A DNA stretch of 64,000 nt, taken from a virus. Taxonomy: Duplodnaviria; Caudoviricetes. A model generated the notes under the pieces. The model saw only the letters and a program-made list of their open reading frames with translations. It was not told where the DNA came from and ran no database searches. Below are positions 29,586 through 39,149 of the stretch, in pieces; the first letter of the stretch is position 1, and each line of letters starts with the position of its first letter. The stretch lies in the IMG/VR virus record IMGVR_UViG_3300034161_000008, positions 32,001 through 96,000 of that record. One strand, 5' to 3'. A program made the translations under genes and the position numbers.

Positions 29586-30097
29586 ACCGTCTCCGCAGCC
29601 TTGAGATCTAGCAGACCTTGTTCCTGATTCTGCTCACGCTCTTCAGCATCTTCTGGTTCGTCTTCCAACTCGCCTTCGATTTCAGGTTCAGCAGTGTCTT
29701 CCAACATTTGTTGCATTGAGATGTTACCCAATGGAACGTTAACCGTGTGGATCGTTGGGTTGGGTTTACCCGCGTGCGTCGCCTCGATTGTAATCTTGAG
29801 GTGGACGATGTGCAGAAAACGCATGGCCTTCACGAAGACTTTCCAAGTCATCTGAGGTCGTGCAAATTCTTTAGTGATATTGCCACGGATACTCGTTTGA
29901 TCGCGCTTGTTGTTGGGAACCCCGTTTCGTACATCGTTGATAAACGAATGCATCAGAACACCCCAACGCATTGGGTTGATGCCATTGTCCAGCAACATGA
30001 TTCGGAACATGCGCGACAGTACACCGTTCACACCGGTAGTACGGTTTACTCCTTTGTCCGGAGACGTCAGAAGTTGAGTGATCTTATTTCTGGCCAC
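29582..30097 (-). CDS. Hypothetical protein with acidic C-terminus
   Basis: 171 aa; GTG start with GAGGG SD; MTWKVF.KAMRFL motif recalled from phiKZ-like phages. Confidence 0.7.
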   Translation of the reverse strand: MARNKITQLLTSPDKGVNRTTGVNGVLSRMFRIMLLDNGINPMRWGVLMHSFINDVRNGVPNNKRDQTSIRGNITKEFARPQMTWKVFVKAMRFLHIVHLKITIEATHAGKPNPTIHTVNVPLGNISMQQMLEDTAEPEIEGELEDEPEDAEEREQNQEQGLLDLKAAETV

Positions 30098-30109
30098 AGT
30101 ACAACCCTC

Positions 30110-30616
30110 TTATTTGCGATAAGCAATAGACAGCAATGCTCTCGTCAAAGTCTGGATGTCGGCAAACACGTGCGTGAGCATTCTTAAGTTGTGCTCATAG
30201 TGCGCGTGGGTCTCACCCTCGTCTTTGTCCATGGCCATACAGATGCCTTGGGCGTGACGCTTGAAGGTTGCGACAGCCATTGAGATTTCCATGATGTAAC
30301 CATCTTTGGTCACCAGGTAATCTTCAAGGTTTGTTACGGTACGATCGATCTTCACCACGTCCGGGGTGATGTGTCGACCATTCTTCAGCTTGAAGGCGAT
30401 GTCCTGCAAGTTGTTGAAGAACAGATCAACGTTCGGATACAGCATTTTCAGCTCCAGCTGAAAACCTTGCATCGGCTGATAAGTATCGAACTGATCAGTT
30501 TGAAGCAGCTCTAAAAGCTCCCAGGTCTGTACGCGATCCGGCTCGTACGGTTTGACTGGTTCGCCTCGCGTCACTTGCTTGACACGATAATTGAGCAATC
30601 GACGTTTTATCCACAT
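30110..30616 (-). CDS. Hypothetical protein
   Basis: ATG at 30616 with GGAG SD; about 168 aa. Confidence 0.65.
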   Translation of the reverse strand: MWIKRRLLNYRVKQVTRGEPVKPYEPDRVQTWELLELLQTDQFDTYQPMQGFQLELKMLYPNVDLFFNNLQDIAFKLKNGRHITPDVVKIDRTVTNLEDYLVTKDGYIMEISMAVATFKRHAQGICMAMDKDEGETHAHYEHNLRMLTHVFADIQTLTRALLSIAYRK

Positions 30617-30709
30617 GGACAACTCCGCTTAAAATGAACCCATTGATAGAACATAGCGTAACCACTACACCTAGATGATATGTGTTTCAAATTAACTTGG
30701 TGGTGTGAT

Positions 30710-31162
30710 ATGTCTCAGGTAGAAGTCGTGGACAGAGACGACGCCGTCCTTGATTATACTCAAGGCGTGCTGCGCGATCTCACGCAAGACATCCTCAAGA
30801 AGGGTGTTGCAGAAGTAGGCGACGACGATAAGAAACTTTTATTGGTCGCGTTAAGAGATATGGCTGGTACGGCCATTGGTCGTAAACGCATCAAAGTTGA
30901 AGAACGTGTAGCTGACACTGCTGAAGGTACTGCTGGTCTGATTGCTCAGATCCTGCACGACTCCACGCTGATGAACCACTTCCGGGCAGATCCTAAAGAC
31001 ATTACTCCTCGTGCGAAAGTTGTATTGGGTAGTGATGTTCCGGAACCAACGTTCCTGCCGGGCGAGATGGACATCCAGACCGCACAGCAAGACGTTGAGA
31101 GCTTCATGGCGCGCACGGCGCACCTGTCTGAACAGTTTGACGACGACGAAGGCGACGAGTAA
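30710..31162 (+). CDS. Hypothetical protein
   Basis: MSQVEVVDRDD..., 150 aa, GGTGG SD-like site. Confidence 0.7.
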   Translation: MSQVEVVDRDDAVLDYTQGVLRDLTQDILKKGVAEVGDDDKKLLLVALRDMAGTAIGRKRIKVEERVADTAEGTAGLIAQILHDSTLMNHFRADPKDITPRAKVVLGSDVPEPTFLPGEMDIQTAQQDVESFMARTAHLSEQFDDDEGDE

Positions 31163-31167
31163 AGCTA

Positions 31168-31207
31168 GGTCATAGCGGGCAGGGTCTACCCCTGCCCGCT
31201 TATGCCG
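31168..31207. terminator. CATA-hairpin-TATG element between convergent genes
   Basis: GGTCATA-GCGGGCAGGG-TCTAC-CCCTGCCCGC-T-TATGCC. Confidence 0.7.
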
Positions 31208-31963
31208 TCAAGTCATGTCACGAGGTCGGAACGCAGAGAAGAACTTGATATCGACCAAATTCAATTCCACCAGAGGACTCGCGGCAGCCTCAACGGCTTT
31301 GAACGGGTGCATTGCCTCTGCTTTGAGTTTAGCCATGTCCTGATCACTCGGCAGCGTGTCCTCGAAATACAACTCGGGGGCAAACATCGTGATCTCAGGA
31401 ATACGGCACTTCATGAAGTTTCCGTTCTCGGTGTTTGATTCCAGGAACGAGTTGTAGTCGTACACCACCATCATCGAGTAATGGTCTTTGCAGTATTTCG
31501 GGGTGAGTCGAGCAGGCGGAATGGACCGCATGTAAACTTTACCCATCCCCAACACTTTCGCGTTGAAGATTTTCTGATACTCCTCGATGATCAATGTCGA
31601 CAACTGGTAAGGCCAGTAGTTGACGACAAACGCAGCGCCGTCATGAAACGGACGCTTGATGGCTTGTTCACGCAGCACGCCTGCCAGATGGCACATCAGA
31701 GCCACGCCGTCGGTCATCACAGACTTAGACAGCGTCACCACGTCACGCTTGGCATAGAGCGCTTTGAAAGCCTCCATGTCCACACCCTCGAACTTGTTCT
31801 GGATGCGTGAGTGGTAGTTGTTGTTGGCCACCTGCGTAGCCAACTCATCTGACATTCGAGCAATGGTGCCAAGCACCGTGTCAACCAAACAATCGAGTTC
31901 GAAGTAAATCGTTTCCTCTTTGCCCGTCTGACCCAGTGAGGCTGCACGATTGCGTTTAGCCAT
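31208..31963 (-). CDS. Hypothetical protein with a degenerate HAD-like N-terminal motif
   Basis: 251 aa; IYFELDCLVDT resembles HAD motif I with the first Asp replaced by Glu. Confidence 0.6.
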   Translation of the reverse strand: MAKRNRAASLGQTGKEETIYFELDCLVDTVLGTIARMSDELATQVANNNYHSRIQNKFEGVDMEAFKALYAKRDVVTLSKSVMTDGVALMCHLAGVLREQAIKRPFHDGAAFVVNYWPYQLSTLIIEEYQKIFNAKVLGMGKVYMRSIPPARLTPKYCKDHYSMMVVYDYNSFLESNTENGNFMKCRIPEITMFAPELYFEDTLPSDQDMAKLKAEAMHPFKAVEAAASPLVELNLVDIKFFSAFRPRDMT

Positions 31964-32439
31964 TACTTATTCCCCTTCTCCGGCGGAGCATCAGGATCTG
32001 GTGCTTGAATCCAGGTCTTGAGCAGCAGGATGCATACCAGCCAGCGGTTGTTGACCAGCGACGACGTAGCAACGTCATCGGTGACCATGCGCTCGTAGAC
32101 CGGCTTGGGGATCAGTGACGGAACCTGATAACCAGAAGCCACACCCATCACAGTTGCCAAAGCCTCGTGGAACTCACGACCATGTCCCAGATACGCCTGG
32201 AAGTTGAACGTCAGCGTCAGTACGAAGTCGCGAATGTCTTCCTTACCAAACACCTCACCGATGATGTCGGAAAGGCCCTGCTGGGTGAGCATCATCCATG
32301 GGTGTTTGCGCAGTACGACGTCGTACACAAACGACATCACAATAGTCTTGCTTTCACCAAACGTGTTGGCAAGGGTGTGGTTGAATGCTTGCGTGAAGCA
32401 CTCACCCACTTCACGAATGTCTTCAGCAGCAAGTTCCAT
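31963..32439 (-). CDS. Hypothetical protein
   Basis: 158 aa; closely packed against both neighbours. Confidence 0.65.
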   Translation of the reverse strand: MELAAEDIREVGECFTQAFNHTLANTFGESKTIVMSFVYDVVLRKHPWMMLTQQGLSDIIGEVFGKEDIRDFVLTLTFNFQAYLGHGREFHEALATVMGVASGYQVPSLIPKPVYERMVTDDVATSSLVNNRWLVCILLLKTWIQAPDPDAPPEKGNK

Positions 32440-32441
32440 GC

Positions 32442-33119
32442 TTATTCCTGGACGAGTGTGTTATCGAGGTGCATGCACTTCAGATAAATCGAAAGTGTCT
32501 GCGTGGATTTAACGACCGTACCCAAATGCTCAATGGCTTTCTGGGACGTACCACCGGACTCAGAGATCTGGCGGTTCTGTGCGTCGAATGCTTTGGTGTC
32601 ACCACCACGGAATTTGATCATTTCCGTGATGTTTGCATCCAGACCCAGCGCTGCCAGAATCTGCAACTCAGGATAAGACAACTTCGAACCCTGAGACTTG
32701 CCGGTTGGCTGGCCAGAGAAATCGTCCACCGATTTGTTGTCCTCGGGGATAGAGATCTTCTTGGTCAGCAGCTGAGCCTGACGGCGCAGCGGGAGTTGCA
32801 TCACCAGGTACTTGATCGGCGTCAAATACGGTGCATCCAAATGCGGTGACTTCAGCCACAGGCGCTGGAAGAAATTGTGTCCCAGCTCTTCGGCGATCCC
32901 CAGATTACGCTTGGTGGATAGTTTCTCTGCCTGAAGGTTAGGAGCGATGATCACCAGACGGGTTTTGCCGTCTTCGATATCCGCCATGAAAGTATCGAAC
33001 TTGGCGTCCGACATCCCAGCGAACATCTCTTCGTACATCTTGACGTTGTTGCTGCCCGGCAAGATCTTCCCGATGTACTTGAGAATAAATGCTTCGGCAG
33101 CTTTGCGGTTAGTAGCCAT
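32442..33119 (-). CDS. Virion RNA polymerase beta subunit, C-terminal part (phiKZ gp149-like)
   Basis: 225 aa; LRRQAQLLTKK and SGQPTGKSQGSKLSYPE correspond to the beta C-terminal region. Confidence 0.8.
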   Translation of the reverse strand: MATNRKAAEAFILKYIGKILPGSNNVKMYEEMFAGMSDAKFDTFMADIEDGKTRLVIIAPNLQAEKLSTKRNLGIAEELGHNFFQRLWLKSPHLDAPYLTPIKYLVMQLPLRRQAQLLTKKISIPEDNKSVDDFSGQPTGKSQGSKLSYPELQILAALGLDANITEMIKFRGGDTKAFDAQNRQISESGGTSQKAIEHLGTVVKSTQTLSIYLKCMHLDNTLVQE

Positions 33120-33140
33120 GGTCAGCTCGCTGTGAGGTGG

Positions 33141-33704
33141 CTAGTCAGTCTCTGGATTCCAGATCTTACTTGCCCAAGTCCTGTTGAAGCGTTGTTCCTG
33201 AAGCTCCTTGACTTTTGCTGGAGTAGATTCCTCCGAATCAAAAACAAACACAGTGTTCTTGATGCCGTTAAGCGTACAAGTGTTCACCATGTTCTTTGTA
33301 CCGGGAGACAACAGATCCCAGAATATAATCGCCTCGTTACAGACTTTCGCCATGTGTGCGTTGCGGATATACCCTGCGCTCTTACCGTGCAGATCCCAAT
33401 CAGCGGGCATCTCACGACATAGGATTTGGTTTTCTTTACACCAGCGGATGATCATGTCATCTGCACCGCGGGAAGCTTTACCAGAGATAAAGCAGCCGTC
33501 TTCCAACATCAACTTGCGATCAATAGCCGATTCAAGCGAATCACAAAAGTCCTCGTAGTTGTTGAAACCACGAGAACCCGCCACTAAGATCCGAGTACCG
33601 AAGTGTGCCACAAACTCATCATCCGACAAGTCCTGCACAGCTTGGTACTCGGTCTCGAAGTCGCTTAGTGAATCGCTTCCGGCAGGTGGTTCTCCACGAT
33701 GCAT
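33141..33704 (-). CDS. SLOG-superfamily (YspA/DUF2493-like) protein
   Basis: ILVAGSRGF, ISGKASRGAD, ADWDLHGKSAGYIRN..M, AIIFWD..SPGTKNM motifs. Confidence 0.85.
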   Translation of the reverse strand: MHRGEPPAGSDSLSDFETEYQAVQDLSDDEFVAHFGTRILVAGSRGFNNYEDFCDSLESAIDRKLMLEDGCFISGKASRGADDMIIRWCKENQILCREMPADWDLHGKSAGYIRNAHMAKVCNEAIIFWDLLSPGTKNMVNTCTLNGIKNTVFVFDSEESTPAKVKELQEQRFNRTWASKIWNPETD

Positions 33705-34003
33705 GGTGCGACCCCTGTGCGGAACAAACGCAACCAGTCTTCGAGACTACCCTGCTCAACCAGGCAGTAGCGAATGTCCATGGTTTCTTGAGCCAGAGCC
33801 CCGATCGTTTCACGCCAGTAGCGATTGATCAGGAAACGCTGGATCTTTTCGTCATGGACGTGGAGGGCGTCAGGATGGACGCGGGACTCCCAGTCAGCCG
33901 GACGCTTGTGGCCGCTCTCGCTCAGGATCGCAGTGATCTTGGAAACGAGGTTTGGGTTTTCAACTGGCAACAGGCTGCCAATGTCTTCGTACTGTTCAGT
34001 CAT
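33665..34003 (-). CDS. Hypothetical protein
   Basis: 112 aa; ATGA-coupled to the upstream gene. Confidence 0.65.
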   Translation of the reverse strand: MTEQYEDIGSLLPVENPNLVSKITAILSESGHKRPADWESRVHPDALHVHDEKIQRFLINRYWRETIGALAQETMDIRYCLVEQGSLEDWLRLFRTGVAPCIVENHLPEAIH

Positions 34004-34590
34004 TTTGGTGTGCCCGCCTTAGGCAGATCGCGGTAGTGGATGAGGAGCGCACGCAGTTCGTCGACGAACTCGTGAGTGTAAGGGACGTAAGCGTTGGGAC
34101 CGGCCTTCAGCATTGCCAGTTGGTCGAAGCTGCCCTTTGCTTCGAGGAACGCATCCACACGACTGAGGTCCTGACCCATCAGCTCGCGCATCTTGGCCAT
34201 GAAGTCGTTGTAGTGGAGCGAGCGAGGACGCTGCTTGATCAGATCAACCAACGCCATCTCTTCGTAGCTGCTGGCCTTGAGCTCTTCAGCAGACGGCGCT
34301 ACGTAGATGATCTTGAGGATTGCCCGGTACTCTTCGATGAAGAAGGAGGACATTGGCTTGGTTTCGCCATTGCCCATCTCGATCTGGAAGAACTCAGGAA
34401 CTTCAGTCACGCCGTCGAGAGCGTGAACCGAGCCGTCGGGATGGAACTCGAACTTAGCTTGGCGTTCGCGCTCTTCGGTGACCAGACGCATCAGGTGCGG
34501 ATGCATTTCTGCCTCGCACGATTTGCTCATATCCAGTTCGAGAAGTTCTTCGGCCGAGAGGTTATCAAAATCAGGTTTTGCTGTAGTCAT
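34000..34590 (-). CDS. Hypothetical protein
   Basis: 196 aa; TAATG-coupled to the RecA-like gene. Confidence 0.65.
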   Translation of the reverse strand: MTTAKPDFDNLSAEELLELDMSKSCEAEMHPHLMRLVTEERERQAKFEFHPDGSVHALDGVTEVPEFFQIEMGNGETKPMSSFFIEEYRAILKIIYVAPSAEELKASSYEEMALVDLIKQRPRSLHYNDFMAKMRELMGQDLSRVDAFLEAKGSFDQLAMLKAGPNAYVPYTHEFVDELRALLIHYRDLPKAGTPK

Positions 34591-36068
34591 TACGCAGCCT
34601 TCGCAAGTGTGCCGACATCGGCTTTTGTGGTGCCGTGATAACCGACCACGCGGGTCTTCTTATCTTCGGCCAACCAGTAAGGGTGGTACAGACCAGCACG
34701 CATGCGCAGCAAGTCCATGGTTGACAGGAACGGGATTGGATGCTCCTCGTCATTGATGGTCCACCAGCCACGGGTATCAAGCAACTGATTCCAGTCGTAG
34801 CCTTTGGCCTTCAGATCGTCGTACAGCTCTTGAGGAGTGCACATGATCCCTTCGTCCAAGTGGTGCCACATGTAATCCATCTGGCACATCTCGGACGTGA
34901 TGTTCAACGCACGACGCAAACGAGCATCGTTGTCGATCTTGCCGCGCACAGTGGTACGCTGCAACGAGCAGTCCGGGTACAGGGCAATGTCGTACGAACT
35001 GCCACCTGGCTTCACCATGCCGTAACGAGCGTTGTTACGAATGTGGTGGAACTCAGTCAGCGATGGCAACACACCTTCGGTCTGCGAGACGATCAACTGC
35101 AAGGTCATGCCGGTAGGGCCAGACTTCGCGCGCAGGTTACGGATGTGAACGATGTTCAAGTCCGTATCGAGTTTCAGGTTGTCGTCAGAGTTACGTGGGT
35201 ACTCTGGACCTTTGGTGCCGTCGTTGATCAGAGGCGCTGCGTTGAACGCGTGCCAGCAGTTGTGGGTCACGAACGTGAACTTGTCCGTAGTCCCTTTGAT
35301 CTTGTCGCCGTTCTTCAGATGCTTGAGCTTCTGAATAGGAACTTGTTGCCCACCACCAGCCTGCTGCATCGTCGACTCTTTGCCGATGTGTGCAGTCATC
35401 AGGGTGTAGTTGTAACCACCGCCAGCCAGTCGTGGAGCTTCCATCAACAGACGCAGCTTGGCCAAGCCTTGTCGCATGTGGATGGTGTTGCCTTTGGAGT
35501 CGCCCAGTTCAACGTCCTGCATTGCAGTCACGTCGTCGGTTTCGAACTCAGTGAAGCTGTCCACTTCCGTGAACGTAGGTTGCAAGATCATCAACGGACC
35601 TTGACGACCACGGTTCCAGAACGGAGTGGATACCGAAAGCTTCGACGAGTTCTTGAGTTTGGCTTCCAGCCACTCTTTGAGCGCGTCCCACCATTTGTTG
35701 CCGGACAGAACAGTTTTGTCCGTGATGACCCAACGAGCGTTGGTGAGGATGTCTTCGCCGCCGAATTCTTCGATGCGGTTGATCATCTCCAACAAGTGCC
35801 ACTCTTGAATGTTCACCTCAGTATCGTACGTGTTGCCGATACTGCCACGCATGCGCGACATCGCAGTCAGAAACTGAAAGTGCATAAGCGTGGATTTAAA
35901 ATTGTTGCCGATACCAACGATACCAGTCAGCGCACCCAAGCCACCATTCAGGATGTACTGACCCAAACGACCTTCCAGGAATGTACCTGTAGGAACGTCC
36001 AGCAGTGCACCAATGTTGATCAAAGCTTTTACAACAGGAGCTGCTTCAAACGCGGGTCTGAGTTCCAT
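34590..36068 (-). CDS. uvsX: RecA/UvsX-like recombinase (phiKZ gp152-like), 492 aa
   Basis: Variant Walker A GIGNNFKST, YDTE, Walker B-like EVDS, KIKG, and LRAKSGP motifs. The ORF-track N-terminal extension is antisense to the neighbouring gene. Confidence 0.8.
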   Translation of the reverse strand: MELRPAFEAAPVVKALINIGALLDVPTGTFLEGRLGQYILNGGLGALTGIVGIGNNFKSTLMHFQFLTAMSRMRGSIGNTYDTEVNIQEWHLLEMINRIEEFGGEDILTNARWVITDKTVLSGNKWWDALKEWLEAKLKNSSKLSVSTPFWNRGRQGPLMILQPTFTEVDSFTEFETDDVTAMQDVELGDSKGNTIHMRQGLAKLRLLMEAPRLAGGGYNYTLMTAHIGKESTMQQAGGGQQVPIQKLKHLKNGDKIKGTTDKFTFVTHNCWHAFNAAPLINDGTKGPEYPRNSDDNLKLDTDLNIVHIRNLRAKSGPTGMTLQLIVSQTEGVLPSLTEFHHIRNNARYGMVKPGGSSYDIALYPDCSLQRTTVRGKIDNDARLRRALNITSEMCQMDYMWHHLDEGIMCTPQELYDDLKAKGYDWNQLLDTRGWWTINDEEHPIPFLSTMDLLRMRAGLYHPYWLAEDKKTRVVGYHGTTKADVGTLAKAA

Positions 36069-36117
36069 TAATAAATTCTCACGGGGGGTTGTTGCTTTCA
36101 AATGATTGCGGGGATGA

Positions 36118-36126
36118 GTATTTTTA
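36118..36126 (-). promoter_or_regulatory. Candidate middle-promoter motif TAAAAATAC upstream of the RecA-like gene
   Basis: Identical 9-mer lies upstream of sbcC; resembles the phiKZ middle consensus AAanntTAC. Confidence 0.45.
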
Positions 36127-36167
36127 TGACGTTTGCATTCACTAGCCATTCTACCGGACCGCCCACC

Positions 36168-36986
36168 ATGCCGACTAATAGTCTCCGTAACACGAAAAAC
36201 ATGATTGCACTGGAGGCATTCTCCACCAGTGATTTGTCGGGGCTGCTCAAGCGGGCGTTCCCACAGATGGTTGATGACCTCAAAAGCTTCATCGGTATCG
36301 CCAACCCACTCTCCGCTGCCATCCAGCTGACTCCAGAAGCACGTGCCTTTATTGGCAACGTTGTGAACAAGCACAGCTACATGGACACCGCTCCAATGGC
36401 AGCTTGGGTTCCTGAAGGCATGACGGCTACCTACGCCGACTACCTGCCGGTGCTACAAGCATCTGTTGAACACGCCGCGGGTGTTGTGGACGAAACACTG
36501 ATCCCGTACTGCACGCTGTTGTCGAAACTGATCTCCAACAAAGACGATCAACTCTCGACGCAAGCCTACGACTACTCCGGCCTGGAAAAGGTTCGTGACG
36601 GTCTGCAAGCTGCCAACGACAAGTGCTTCAAGCGTGGTTCGTCTACTGCTCAGGCTTCTTTGGGTGATGTGGTCAAGCGCAACTCCGAGTGGGAACACAT
36701 CCTCTCCACCAGCAACAAGCTGCTGGACAAGATGAACAAGGTTGACCGCAAGGCGCTGAACAAGAAGGTGGACGAATCTGCTCACCTGCTGGACACCATC
36801 ATCAAGAAACTCAAGAACGAAGAGTTCACCACGATCTCTCCACAGGTTGTTGAGAACTTGGCCAACGGTGCGTATCAGGTCGGCAAAGAGCTGGAGTTCT
36901 TCTCCATCACTTACTACCGTGTACTGAGCTTCGTTGAGGCTGTCAACAAGACCATCACCAATACCACTCAAGTATTGGCAAAGTGA
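36168..36986 (+). CDS. Probable processed head protein (phiKZ gp153-like); start uncertain
   Basis: Short leader ending ALE-AF (protease-type site); position after the RecA-like gene matches the recalled order. Confidence 0.6.
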   Translation: MPTNSLRNTKNMIALEAFSTSDLSGLLKRAFPQMVDDLKSFIGIANPLSAAIQLTPEARAFIGNVVNKHSYMDTAPMAAWVPEGMTATYADYLPVLQASVEHAAGVVDETLIPYCTLLSKLISNKDDQLSTQAYDYSGLEKVRDGLQAANDKCFKRGSSTAQASLGDVVKRNSEWEHILSTSNKLLDKMNKVDRKALNKKVDESAHLLDTIIKKLKNEEFTTISPQVVENLANGAYQVGKELEFFSITYYRVLSFVEAVNKTITNTTQVLAK

Positions 36987-37047
36987 CATAACGCCCCTTT
37001 CCCCATTAGGCCTCGTGAGCTTGACTGGGGAAAGGGGCTTATGGCAC
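36983..37047. terminator. Long CATA-hairpin-TATG element between convergent genes
   Basis: GTGACATA-AC-GCCCCTTTCCCCA-N20-TGGGGAAAGGGGC-T-TATGGCAC. Confidence 0.7.
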
Positions 37048-37467
37048 TCAGGTTTCGAGGACTTTCATCCTCGCACCGAACAGCTTCACCAGATCCTCGC
37101 GTATAGCAGGTTCTGGTGCGTAACGCAACCAGCCGGGCATTGCCTTAATCACGTCGGTACAGATGTGCCGAAGGGTCATTGGGGTCAGCTCGCGCTGGTG
37201 TAGTTCGTCCAAGCAAAGCTCTTTCGAACTCTTACCATTCCAGATCGCGCGGTTGAGCTGGATGCCGATGTTCAGAGAGTCTTCACGCTTGACCAATGAC
37301 ATCGCTTTGTTAAGCTTTGCCAAAGTCTCAGCATCAACACCTTCCGAACCTTCTTTGATCTGAGCGAAGAAGCTCGTCAGAAACAGCATCCGCTTCGTGC
37401 GATTCGGTAGAAGTAAGGAAAGTAGTGCAGTGCCGAAACCACCGGCCCACTTCCGAATTGCGTTCAT
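37048..37467 (-). CDS. Hypothetical protein with an N-terminal hydrophobic segment
   Basis: MNAIRKWAGGFGTALLSLLLP...; AGGTG SD 6 nt upstream of the ATG. Confidence 0.6.
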   Translation of the reverse strand: MNAIRKWAGGFGTALLSLLLPNRTKRMLFLTSFFAQIKEGSEGVDAETLAKLNKAMSLVKREDSLNIGIQLNRAIWNGKSSKELCLDELHQRELTPMTLRHICTDVIKAMPGWLRYAPEPAIREDLVKLFGARMKVLET

Positions 37468-37501
37468 GTGCATCACCTGGTTGTTTGTGGAAAATGGAAC
37501 T

Positions 37502-39097
37502 CTACGAAACGATTCGCAAGTTAGAGTAAACCCCTGCCCAAATCCCTTTGTCCTCTCCAGCCTCCACCACAGTTGCGTAGCGGAAAGATGTAGGCGACTC
37601 AAGCCAAGAAACAATCTTGACCTGTGGCTTCAAGCCTTCCAAACGTTTCAAAGCATTCCTGTCGAGTAAGTCGATCCCCAACGTTAGAGTCACTTTAGCG
37701 GACTTCGTGTCCTGGCCAACACCGTAAAGCGCCTCTGTTGGCAGAGACGCAAAGCCAACGTTGTACTCAGACTTCAGGGTTTGGATTGCTTCTATTTCCT
37801 CTCCCCCGCCTTTGATCTTCTTCGTTTTAAGGGTCGTCTCATAGAGAATAGACGTCAAATCTGTCGAAACGATCGACGGGTCACCCGCCAGATACAAATC
37901 GAGGATATCGGCCAGTTGAGACAACGACTCGACAGCACGCACAGCCAGGCGAGGTGGGTTCAGTTCCCGTGCCAGTGGTTCCAGCGGGTCCATGCCAAAC
38001 AGATCCAAACGGAACAGCTTCGGATAGTTCAGAACGTTCTCGCCCCACTCAGTCAGCTCTTTGTGAGTCTGAGCTTTGAACACCTGATCCAGACGCAACA
38101 TTACAATCGTGTCACGCTCGTTGGCATTCTTGATCTGGAAGTTGCGCACCAGCTCAATTGCAGGATCTGGAGTAGCCAGCTTGACCACCGAGAACGCACC
38201 GTCGGACATGCGCTTGCCCAACAGGTCGTCTTCCTTACCATGGTCGCCCATGTAATAGAAGCCAGGCTCGTTGTACGCGGCAAGCGTATTGAAGTAGCAA
38301 CGACGATTCGCCAACATGGCGTTCTTTTCGGTGTCGTACTTCCAGTAGCCGTCAGCAGTGGTGACTTTGATCTGCTGTTCCTGAATGCCTTTCTTGGACA
38401 GGATCACGCCGTAAGAAGCGTAGTTGTCCGCGATGGTGTTGCCCAGGTTGTCGTTATGCCCACGCACCCAATCGAAACGAATCTTGATGCCACGACCATT
38501 AAGAGTATCGCGAGCAGCCAGAAGTTCCTTCCAGTATTCCACGTTGGCCACTGGTTGTTGGTCAGCCTTGATCCAGCCTGCCTTTTCCCAACGATCAACT
38601 TGACCGGTAGTAAGGTTCTTCTGAACGTACTCGGAGTCCGTCAGAATCTGGACGCTAGTAACGTCATATTCCAGTGCGTGCAACAGAGCCCGCGTCGTCG
38701 ACGTGAGTTCTGCGATGTTGTTCGTGACTTCCCCTGGAAAGCTACCCCAGCCATCGATGTAATGGATTGGAGTAATTTGCAACAGAGGCTCGCCATTCGA
38801 AACGAAGGTGTTCGCAACCACTTTGGTTACGTAACCTTCCGCCGTCAGGATATGGTCTTGGTTACCAGTGCCTTTCTTTGGAGCTGCCGAGGAGAACATG
38901 TAACCATGCAGACCCCACCCACCGCTACCGCGAGATGGTTTACAACCACCGTCGGTGTACAGCACCAGACCCTGAACGATCGGCGGACCTTTAAGGATCT
39001 CATCAATCTCCTTGGTACTGAACTGCGGCAGAAGAGGAATATGTGGATGTCGGGGTTGTACAACAATCTCACTCCCCGGTACGATAAGCTTTGCCAT
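37502..39097 (-). CDS. rnhA: Ribonuclease HI with C-terminal extension (phiKZ gp155-like)
   Basis: LYTDGGC, TNNIAEL, LTDSEYV and WVRGH...GN.IAD catalytic motifs. Confidence 0.92.
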   Translation of the reverse strand: MAKLIVPGSEIVVQPRHPHIPLLPQFSTKEIDEILKGPPIVQGLVLYTDGGCKPSRGSGGWGLHGYMFSSAAPKKGTGNQDHILTAEGYVTKVVANTFVSNGEPLLQITPIHYIDGWGSFPGEVTNNIAELTSTTRALLHALEYDVTSVQILTDSEYVQKNLTTGQVDRWEKAGWIKADQQPVANVEYWKELLAARDTLNGRGIKIRFDWVRGHNDNLGNTIADNYASYGVILSKKGIQEQQIKVTTADGYWKYDTEKNAMLANRRCYFNTLAAYNEPGFYYMGDHGKEDDLLGKRMSDGAFSVVKLATPDPAIELVRNFQIKNANERDTIVMLRLDQVFKAQTHKELTEWGENVLNYPKLFRLDLFGMDPLEPLARELNPPRLAVRAVESLSQLADILDLYLAGDPSIVSTDLTSILYETTLKTKKIKGGGEEIEAIQTLKSEYNVGFASLPTEALYGVGQDTKSAKVTLTLGIDLLDRNALKRLEGLKPQVKIVSWLESPTSFRYATVVEAGEDKGIWAGVYSNLRIVS

Positions 39098-39149
39098 TTT
39101 AAGACCCTTTGGATCGCGTATTCAAAAGATCTGTCGGTCCAATAAAGAC

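Noticed and set aside
36069-36374. 102-aa N-terminal extension of the RecA-like ORF in the track
   Set aside because: It is antisense to the 36168 gene and spans the divergent promoter gap; recognisable sequence begins at MELRPAF.
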